Position numbers and translations under genes: made by a program. The notes beneath the pieces were generated by a model. The model was not told the DNA's origin. It made no database searches and was given only the letters and a program-made list of their open reading frames with translations. A DNA stretch of 31,938 bases from Bryobacterales bacterium (GTDB lineage Bacteria; Acidobacteriota; Terriglobia; Bryobacterales; Bryobacteraceae). The first letter of the stretch is position 1, and the number at the start of each line of letters is the position of its first letter. Shown here one piece after another: positions 25,278 through 31,938 of this stretch. Location: positions 1-31,938 of the forward strand of contig JBBRJC010000001.1 in assembly GCA_038220135.1 (NCBI GenBank), written 5' to 3'.

Positions 25278-25567
25278 GCTCAAAATTGGCCGTCTTATAA
25301 AAATAGTTGAAAAATATTTTTAACCCTCAGTCACGGTACTGATACTCTATATCACTCATCATCCAAGAAGATCAGATCCTCTTTGCAATTGATCTCCAAT
25401 CTCCGAATTTTCTCTAATTTCTGATAGTTTGCATATGTTTGACGCTTTGCGGCGCGGCCTTAGTACCGTACAGGACTACCTCATTTGGAACCGTCATCCA
25501 AAAGTTATTCACAGCCGAACCACATGTGTAGTAAGGGCTTTTCCTATCGACACCAGAATTTACCCAC

Positions 25568-25597
25568 TTGCAAGCAGATGTTCAGACGATGTAATAT
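25568..25597 (+). promoter_or_regulatory. Putative sigma70 promoter for the short peptide ORF
   Basis: TTGCAA (25568-73), 18-nt spacer, TAATAT (25592-97). Confidence 0.45.
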
Positions 25598-25675
25598 TCT
25601 TAGAGCGAAGACCCTAGTTCATTCTCGGGTGAACACCTGGGTTCTTATGCTACGGCTCGATCAAAGGAGAACAAC

Positions 25676-25726
25676 ATGAAGGTTCGTTCAAACGTAAAGG
25701 CTGGCTCCGCAGTTTGGGGTGAATAG
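25676..25726 (+). CDS. 16-aa small peptide MKVRSNVKAGSAVWGE (not in the ORF track)
   Basis: Strong RBS AAAGGAG at 25663-69, 6 nt before ATG 25676. TAG at 25724-26. Candidate promoter upstream and terminator downstream. Confidence 0.65.
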   Translation: MKVRSNVKAGSAVWGE

Positions 25727-25748
25727 TTAGATACGGCATTTATTGCTG

Positions 25749-25796
25749 AAAGAAAGCAGCTTGATTCACTTCGGTGAGCCGGCTGCTTTTCTTTTT
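25749..25796. terminator. Probably bidirectional intrinsic terminator with a C(UUCG)G loop
   Basis: AAAGAAAGCAGCTTGATTCAC-TTCG-GTGAGCCGGCTGCTTTTCTTTTT, located between the peptide ORF and the convergent GT9 gene. Confidence 0.8.
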
Positions 25797-25802
25797 ACAT
25801 TT

Positions 25803-27023
25803 CTATTTTAATTTGCAAAATAATCGATGACTAGCGCTCAGAACGCTTTCGACCAATTGTGATCCCAAACCGGGCGAAACCTGAATCACATCCCGAGGCC
25901 CCTCACCAGCAGGCTGCCATCGCCGAAACATGCGATCGTTAACCCAGCCTGAAAAGGCGACCACTAATGGCACACCCAATGCCCCGGCTGCGTGTTGGCC
26001 CACGGAATCGTATCCCACAAAAAGCCTGCTCACCTTGATTGCCTCGGCGAAGCAGGAAAAGCTGCCCCGAAAGGTCCGAGCGCCTGTGCTTGCTGCAATT
26101 GCCAAGGCCTGAGCTGATTCAGCAGGTGAGCCCCCTTCATCGATCAAGACACTGGCGCCCATCGCCATCAAACCGCGGACCACGTCAATTTCAAATTGCT
26201 CGCTGACTCGCTTGGCAGGATTTTCACCCGTGCCGAAGCTCACCGTGATATCGGCGTAGGGGATCGATGAACCGCATTGTGCATTGACCCAAGGCTTGGT
26301 TTCGGAGGCGCCCAAAGCCTTTTCGAGCCACACACCGGTCAAACGGCTGAGCGAACCCATACCCTCGCCACCTGCCGTTCGACTTTCAAAGAAACAGTAA
26401 TTCCGTTCGTCGCCGATGGGTTGCAACCCCAATTGAGTGAGGCGAGAATCAGGGTCGATGATTACGGCATTATACAAATTTAGAGACTGTTCAAGAGCTT
26501 TACCCGCGGCCAGACGTTCCCCCAGCAATCCAGTGCGGGCATAGGGTGCCGGATGAAGGAGGAAGCGGCTATCGCCCCCGAACAGCTCGAAGTTGCGTGG
26601 GTTGCCGACGAAGTAAATTTCCGCCTCGGGAAAGCGCTGGGCCGCTGCACTAAGGCATTGACTGGTGATGGCAATATCGGCACCCAGCGTTACCCTGCTT
26701 AGAACATAAACACGCTTCGGCTTGTGTGGATCAAAACGGTCGCCGATGCGCACACGCTGGTAACGCGCGCGCAACCCGTCCGCATTCTCGCCCGGAATTG
26801 TGCGGGCAATCACCTGCGAGAAAATATCGATGTAGTAGTCAGCCAGTCTCGGTTCAAAGCGGTCACCCAACGGCTCAATCAAGCCCTGGAATAGCGCGCG
26901 TGTTCCGGCTTCGGAGGCGCACTGTTCCAGCAGCAGTTCAAGCGTCTGGTGAGACCAGGGCTTGTCCGCAAGGCATTGATCCAGCAGTTGCCGGGCTAGC
27001 GCCTCAGGCGAAGTATTTGCCAA
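25803..27023 (-). CDS. Glycosyltransferase family 9 (heptosyltransferase-like) with an extra N-terminal helical region
   Basis: Motifs: '[10 protein letters not shown]', '[10 protein letters not shown]', '[11 protein letters not shown]', '[21 protein letters not shown]'. TTG start overlaps the mtnP end. Confidence 0.75.
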   Translation of the reverse strand: MANTSPEALARQLLDQCLADKPWSHQTLELLLEQCASEAGTRALFQGLIEPLGDRFEPRLADYYIDIFSQVIARTIPGENADGLRARYQRVRIGDRFDPHKPKRVYVLSRVTLGADIAITSQCLSAAAQRFPEAEIYFVGNPRNFELFGGDSRFLLHPAPYARTGLLGERLAAGKALEQSLNLYNAVIIDPDSRLTQLGLQPIGDERNYCFFESRTAGGEGMGSLSRLTGVWLEKALGASETKPWVNAQCGSSIPYADITVSFGTGENPAKRVSEQFEIDVVRGLMAMGASVLIDEGGSPAESAQALAIAASTGARTFRGSFSCFAEAIKVSRLFVGYDSVGQHAAGALGVPLVVAFSGWVNDRMFRRWQPAGEGPRDVIQVSPGLGSQLVESVLSASHRLFCKLK

Positions 27024-27864
27024 CGATCAACTCCAACTTTTTCTTCGTGGAATCAGGCACTTTAGCCTTATCAGTAATCAGGGCGTGCGCCAGTGCGGAG
27101 TGGCACTTGCACTCCATCTTTTCCGGGAAAGCGGCGACGAATGCGGCAACCAGTCTACAGGCGTTTTCTGCATTTTGGTTGAGCACCTTGATGATGTCGG
27201 TAACGGTGACGGAATCGTGCTCTTCATGCCAGCAATCATAGTCAGTAACCATAGCGACGGTGACGTAGCAGATTTCCGCTTCCCGAGCGAGCTTGGCTTC
27301 CTGCAGGTTAGTCATGCCAATCACATCCATACCCCAACTGCGGTACACGTTCGATTCTGCCTTGGTGGAAAACGCGGGCCCTTCCATGCACAGGTACGTT
27401 CCGCCGCGCTTGGCCGTAACGCCTACCGTGGCCGCGGCGTCTTGCGCGCGCTGGGCCATCTGAGCACAAATCGGGTCGCCAAAGCTGACGTGGCCAACTA
27501 AGCCGTCGCCGAAAAATGTGGAGATGCGGCCGCGCGTACGATCAAAAAATTGATCGGGAATGACGAAGTCCAGCGGCTTGTGCTCTTCCTTCAGCGAGCC
27601 AACGGCGGAAAGCGACAGGATGTGTTCCACGCCGAGCTTTTTCATGCCGTAAATGTTGGCGCGAAAGTTCAGCTCCGATGGTGTGATGGTGTGCCCACGG
27701 CCATGGCGGGTGAGAAAAGCAACGTCGCGTCCGGCCAGTTTTCCAACAATGTAAGCATCCGACGGCGGGCCGAAAGGAGTCTCAATAATGACCTCCTGCT
27801 GTGCCGTAAATCCCGGCATGCTATAAAGTCCACTGCCTCCAATAATTCCAATGAGCGGGTTCAA
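27004..27864 (-). CDS. mtnP: S-methyl-5'-thioadenosine phosphorylase
   Basis: Motifs: 'GIIGGSGLY', 'TPFGPPSD', 'RHGRGH', 'NFRANI', '[11 protein letters not shown]', 'IGMTN', 'TDYDCW'. Confidence 0.93.
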   Translation of the reverse strand: MNPLIGIIGGSGLYSMPGFTAQQEVIIETPFGPPSDAYIVGKLAGRDVAFLTRHGRGHTITPSELNFRANIYGMKKLGVEHILSLSAVGSLKEEHKPLDFVIPDQFFDRTRGRISTFFGDGLVGHVSFGDPICAQMAQRAQDAAATVGVTAKRGGTYLCMEGPAFSTKAESNVYRSWGMDVIGMTNLQEAKLAREAEICYVTVAMVTDYDCWHEEHDSVTVTDIIKVLNQNAENACRLVAAFVAAFPEKMECKCHSALAHALITDKAKVPDSTKKKLELIVGKYFA

Positions 27865-28271
27865 ATTTGAGTCTCCTCGATGAGTTCTAAGAGCACGCCG
27901 CCGGTTGAGCGGGGGTGCACGAAAATGTATTTATGGCCACCGGCACCGATGCGTGGTTCGTTGAGTACTCTGGCACCTTCGGCAGTCAATTTTGCTGCGG
28001 CTGCAGCAAGATCGGGCACGCGCAGGGCAATGTGGTGCAGGCCGCATCCAAACTTGGCGATGGGGGAATCTGCATCGGTTGCCTCAAGCAATTCCAGGCG
28101 TGATTCGCCAGCCGGAAGCATAGCCACATGGACGCGTTCGGCTTCCACTGTTTCGCGATGATCTACAGTCATCCCCAGCGTGTCGCAGTAAAAGTGCAAC
28201 GCTTCGTCGATCGACTTCACGGCTATGCCGAGGTGATCAATCGTAAATTTGGTCGAGCCATTCATTGACAA
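27861..28271 (-). CDS. mce: Methylmalonyl-CoA epimerase (VOC family)
   Basis: Motifs: 'IDHLGIAV', 'LELLE', 'GLHHIAL', '[14 protein letters not shown]'. Adjacent to meaB. Confidence 0.88.
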   Translation of the reverse strand: MSMNGSTKFTIDHLGIAVKSIDEALHFYCDTLGMTVDHRETVEAERVHVAMLPAGESRLELLEATDADSPIAKFGCGLHHIALRVPDLAAAAAKLTAEGARVLNEPRIGAGGHKYIFVHPRSTGGVLLELIEETQI

Positions 28272-29169
28272 TCGAGTACGGATCCCTCTTTCTTGTAGCG
28301 ACTTCTTGCGCCCCTCGTTCCAGCCTGTCCAGGGGCAATCGTTGCAGCAAACGCGCTGTCAGCATTAAGCGCAACCGTGACGTCCAAAGAAGCGCGGCTC
28401 TCTGCTTACGATTTCCCTGAGATACAAAGGATCGCAAAGCAGACAGGGCCTGCGCAATTCCCTGCCCTTCGGTGGCCACGGCGCGAACGATGGGCGGCAC
28501 CCAATTATCGGGCCGGTGGGCAAGTGACAACATCATTTGAATCTCTTTTTCAAGGCGGTCAGCGCCGGGCAAGTCGCTCTTATTCACAACGAAGGTGTCA
28601 GCAATTTCCAACACCCCGGCTTTGATCGCCTGTATGTCGTCACCCATGCCGGGGACGATTACGACCGCAGTTGCCTCAGCTAAATTGGCTACTTCCACTT
28701 CGTCCTGGCCTACGCCGACTGTCTCGATTAGCACGGTATTGTAACCGGCAGCATCGAATAAAAGCGTTAGATCCATAGTGGCCGCAGCAAGGCCTCCCAA
28801 CTGCCCGCGGGTTGCCATCGAACGGATAAATACACCAGGATCGGAATGGTGCTGCTGCATCCGAATCCGGTCACCAAGGATCGCGCCACCAGAGAAAGGG
28901 CTGGTCGGATCTATAGCGATGACGGCTACAGTACGGCCTTCGCCACGCAATTGCTGAACCAATGCTGAGACAAACGTACTCTTACCGGCTCCAGGTGAAC
29001 CGGTTATGCCAAATATTTCAGCACGGCCAGTATGTGGCCATAAATCGCATAACAATGCCTCATAAGTGTAACTTTCATTTTCAATGAGAGTTGCCGCGCG
29101 CGCGATGGCTCGCAGTTGGCCACCGACAACTGCGGCGGCCAGGACGGATGTGGGAGTGGAGGTGCTCAA
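28237..29169 (-). CDS. meaB: MeaB/ArgK GTPase (methylmalonyl-CoA mutase metallochaperone)
   Basis: Motifs: 'ARAATLIEN', '[12 protein letters not shown]', '[19 protein letters not shown]', 'FIRSMATRG', '[10 protein letters not shown]', 'IQAIKAG', 'NKSD'. TTG 29169 overlaps the upstream TGA. Confidence 0.92.
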   Translation of the reverse strand: MSTSTPTSVLAAAVVGGQLRAIARAATLIENESYTYEALLCDLWPHTGRAEIFGITGSPGAGKSTFVSALVQQLRGEGRTVAVIAIDPTSPFSGGAILGDRIRMQQHHSDPGVFIRSMATRGQLGGLAAATMDLTLLFDAAGYNTVLIETVGVGQDEVEVANLAEATAVVIVPGMGDDIQAIKAGVLEIADTFVVNKSDLPGADRLEKEIQMMLSLAHRPDNWVPPIVRAVATEGQGIAQALSALRSFVSQGNRKQRAALLWTSRLRLMLTARLLQRLPLDRLERGAQEVATRKRDPYSIVNEWLDQIYD

Positions 29170-30308
29170 CTCTTCAATAGCTGCCGGGCGATCACAAGGC
29201 GTTGAATTTCGCTGGTGCCCTCTCCAATGGTACACAGCTTCACGTCGCGATAAAACTTCTCCACCGGATAATCTTTGATAAAGCCGTAGCCACCGTGAAT
29301 TTGTACCGCATCGTCGCAAATGCGCACGGCACGTTCAGAGGCGAACAGCTTCGCCATGGCCGATTCCTTGTTCACCGATTTGCCCTGATCCTTCAACCAT
29401 GCGGCGCGGTAAGTGAGCAGCCGAGAGGCTTCGATATCGGTCGCCATGTTGGCGAGCTTATGCTGAATCGCCTGGAATTCGGAAATGGAGCGGCCGAACT
29501 GCTTTCGCTGCTTCGAGTATTTGAGCGCCGCTTCATAAGCGCCTTGTGCCGTACCCAACGACAAAGCGGCGATAGAGATGCGGCCGCCATCAAGAATGCG
29601 GAGGCTATCGACGAAGCCTTCGCCAATCTTGCCGAGCAACTGCGATTCTCGAAGACGGCAATCAGTAAAAATAACTTCGCCGGTATCTGAGGCGCGCATA
29701 CCGAGCTTGTTTTCTTTCTTGCCGGGTGCAAAGCCGGGTGTGCCTTTTTCGATGGCGAAAGCAGAAATGCCGTGATGGGAATCCTTACGATCGGTGACGG
29801 CCATGGCGACGCAAACATCGGCGTAGTGGGCGTTGGTGGTAAACGTCTTGGCACCGTTAAGCGTCCACAAATTGTTTTCCAAAGTAGCGGTGGTGCGCGT
29901 GCCTGCGGCGTCGGAACCTGCTTCGGGCTCAGTGAGAGACCAGCAGCCGATCCATTCGCCGCTGGCTAATTTGGGAATGTAGCGCAGCCGCTGCTCGTCA
30001 TCACCGGCAAGGAAAATATGGTTCGAGCAAAGCGAAATATGCGCGGCAAGAATCAGGCCGACCGAAGGATCGACGCGCGAAAGTTCTTCGATGATGATGG
30101 CGTAGTCGACATAGCTGAGGCCCGCGCCGCCAAGATCTTCCGGAAAGATTGCACCAAGATAGCCGAGCTTGCCAAGCTGCTTGATTACTTCCAGAGGGAA
30201 GGTTTGCGCCTCGTCCCATTCCAGGACGTGCGGCTTGATTTCAGCTTCTGCAAACTCACGAACCTGTTTGCGAAGCTCTATTTGTTCCGTGCTATAAGAG
30301 AACTCCAT
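29166..30308 (-). CDS. Acyl-CoA dehydrogenase (short/branched-chain type)
   Basis: Motifs: '[12 protein letters not shown]', '[11 protein letters not shown]', 'KLGMRASDT', '[10 protein letters not shown]', 'RKQFG', 'QIHGGYG', '[10 protein letters not shown]'. Confidence 0.95.
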   Translation of the reverse strand: MEFSYSTEQIELRKQVREFAEAEIKPHVLEWDEAQTFPLEVIKQLGKLGYLGAIFPEDLGGAGLSYVDYAIIIEELSRVDPSVGLILAAHISLCSNHIFLAGDDEQRLRYIPKLASGEWIGCWSLTEPEAGSDAAGTRTTATLENNLWTLNGAKTFTTNAHYADVCVAMAVTDRKDSHHGISAFAIEKGTPGFAPGKKENKLGMRASDTGEVIFTDCRLRESQLLGKIGEGFVDSLRILDGGRISIAALSLGTAQGAYEAALKYSKQRKQFGRSISEFQAIQHKLANMATDIEASRLLTYRAAWLKDQGKSVNKESAMAKLFASERAVRICDDAVQIHGGYGFIKDYPVEKFYRDVKLCTIGEGTSEIQRLVIARQLLKS

Positions 30309-30952
30309 GGGGGAATTCCTTTTGTATGAGAATTAAACGATTTCTACTTTGTCCGCATCCCAGCGCATGATACGGACCGACGATAGCTTTACACCGCTAC
30401 GCTGTAGGCCGACAGTCGAACAGGCAATTGGTTTCCTTGCCACAGCGAATGCATGGTTACCTTATTACACTATTGTAGCGAACGCGCGGGAGGGGCGGCT
30501 GAGCCTGTTTCCGGTTCTAGGAGGAAATCAGGCTATTGCATAATTCGCCTCCAGCTAACTTTGACTTTGCGGTTGTGGTTTGGTTCATCGACATTGCAGG
30601 AATGAAGGTGCCGGAGGGGTTATTCTAACCCGTGCCAACATATTTACTTTAAATCCGACACGCATTAACCCTGATATCCAGTGATTTCCGCGAATTCCCC
30701 CAAAGAGATACATCCGTTACCTCCTAATACACTTAATGCTCGCGGCCTTCTCCATCAGTGGGAATCGATCAGTGGCCTTGACAGAACTGGATCAAGTTCT
30801 GCAACTGCCATCTGGGTTGGTTTGAGCTGTCAGCGGATACCCAAATGGAGAAGTGGGAATGGGGACGGTGAGTATTCGTGCCATCGCCGGGAGGTCTATT
30901 CACTCCATGTGGTTACTCCCGTAAACTCTCGTCAACAACATGCCAGCTAATC

Positions 30953-30982
30953 TTGACAAAGTTTAATACATTACCATATCCT
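30953..30982 (+). promoter_or_regulatory. Putative sigma70 promoter for the second TonB-dependent receptor
   Basis: TTGACA (30953-58), 18-nt spacer, TATCCT (30977-82). AGGAGG RBS at 31023-28. Confidence 0.55.
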
Positions 30983-31037
30983 AATGCTCAGACTATTCCA
31001 CACCTCACAAGAGGGAGTTTTCAGGAGGATTTTCACA

Positions 31038-31938
31038 ATGTATCCCCGTCTCATGCTCTGCACTCTGTCATGTGCCGCGCTAATCTTCGCTCAACAGGAT
31101 CGCGGTCTCATCACCGGAGCCGTCAAGGATTCCAGCGGCCTCATGATACCCGGCGCCACAGTCAGCGTAACCCGCAACGAAACCAACGCCGTCAACCGGG
31201 CGACGTCTTCCTCGTCGGGCGACTATACCTTCCCGTCGCTTGAAGTCGGCACCTACACGATTCGCGTCGAACGCGAAGGGTTCAAGAGCGCCGTCGCCAA
31301 GGACATCATCGTCAACGCATCCGGGGCCGTCCGCGCCGATATCACCCTGGAAGTGGGCGCGACGCAGCAGTCCATTGAAGTCCAGGCCGCAGCCGTTCAA
31401 GTGCAAACCGAAAACGCCCGCATCCAAACCGCGGTCGCCAACCGCCTCGTCGATCAGCTTCCGCTCGTCGTCGGCGGCCAGTTGCGCTCGCCGTTCGACC
31501 TCGCCCTGCTCGCCCCGGAAGTAAAGGCACCCAATGATGGCAACAACAATTTCGCCATCGGCGGCGGCCAGGCGGCAACCTATGGCGTCTCGCTTGACGG
31601 CGTGTCGTCCAATACGGGCCGCGCTCTGCAAACGCAGTGGGCCGCGATGAACACGCCCTCGCTTGATGCCATCAGCGAATTCACCGTGGAATCCAACGGC
31701 TTCAAGGCCGAATACGGACGCGCGCAAGGGGGCCAGATGAGCTTCGTGTCCAAATCCGGCACCAACACTTTCCACGGGAATCTGTTCGAATTTCTGCGCA
31801 ATGACGCCCTCGACGCGGCTTTCTATAACAAAGCCGCCAAGAAGCCCGTCTACAAGCAGCACGATTTCGGCGGAACCTTTGGCGGCCCGGTACTGATCCC
31901 CAAACTCTACAACGGCAAGAACAGGACGTTCTTCTTCG
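31038..31938 (+). CDS. TonB-dependent receptor, N-terminal 300 codons (3' truncated by window edge; absent from ORF track because it has no stop)
   Basis: Read by hand: MYPRLMLCTLSCAALIFAQQDRGLITGAVKDSSG...YGVSLDG...PSLDAISEFTVESNGFKAEYGR...SKSGTNTFHGNLFEFLRND...LYNGKNRTFFF. Open to the window end. Confidence 0.93.
   Translation, partial: MYPRLMLCTLSCAALIFAQQDRGLITGAVKDSSGLMIPGATVSVTRNETNAVNRATSSSSGDYTFPSLEVGTYTIRVEREGFKSAVAKDIIVNASGAVRADITLEVGATQQSIEVQAAAVQVQTENARIQTAVANRLVDQLPLVVGGQLRSPFDLALLAPEVKAPNDGNNNFAIGGGQAATYGVSLDGVSSNTGRALQTQWAAMNTPSLDAISEFTVESNGFKAEYGRAQGGQMSFVSKSGTNTFHGNLFEFLRNDALDAAFYNKAAKKPVYKQHDFGGTFGGPVLIPKLYNGKNRTFFF

Noticed and set aside
25429-25617. 62-aa ORF in the AT-rich gap
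   Set aside because: No RBS or recognisable motif, and it overlaps the candidate promoter of the 16-aa peptide.
29170-29319. 50-codon extension of meaB inside the acyl-CoA dehydrogenase gene
   Set aside because: It is an alternative-frame overlap. The TTGA junction at 29166-69 gives a normal-length 310-aa MeaB.
30333-30443. Possible 36-codon minus-strand ORF (VARKPIACST...RWDADKVEIV) upstream of the acyl-CoA dehydrogenase
   Set aside because: GTG start without an RBS and no motif I can recognise, so it cannot be supported without a homology search.
31080-31862. 260-aa minus-strand ORF
   Set aside because: It is the antisense shadow of the high-GC receptor gene on the plus strand.

Overview
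Bacterial chromosomal window with an Acidobacteria-like (Bryobacter/Solibacter-type) gene repertoire; the taxonomy is inferred from gene content only. In order: two PepSY-TM genes; a polarised array of four decayed copies of the last ~142 bp of the neighbouring lytic transglycosylase gene; thrC; a DUF72 gene divergent from lexA; a 254-bp MITE-like insertion; a polysaccharide export module (short OPX, chain-length regulator, BY-kinase, beta-barrel, receiver protein) interleaved with a Cys-rich protein and a secreted aldose 1-epimerase; EVE, DinB and a broken YciI gene; a TonB-dependent receptor divergent from a membrane-anchored wHTH regulator and nagA; a C-rich SEC-C gene; a 1012-aa OmpA/beta-barrel/Ig-repeat protein resembling an inverse autotransporter; a 16-codon peptide gene missed by the ORF track that has its own promoter, RBS and terminator; an acyl-CoA dehydrogenase-meaB-mce-mtnP-GT9 operon; and the start of a second, higher-GC TonB-dependent receptor. 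I recognised no rRNA, tRNA, CRISPR array, integrase, transposase or reverse transcriptase. All family assignments come from motif recognition by eye, not from database searches.
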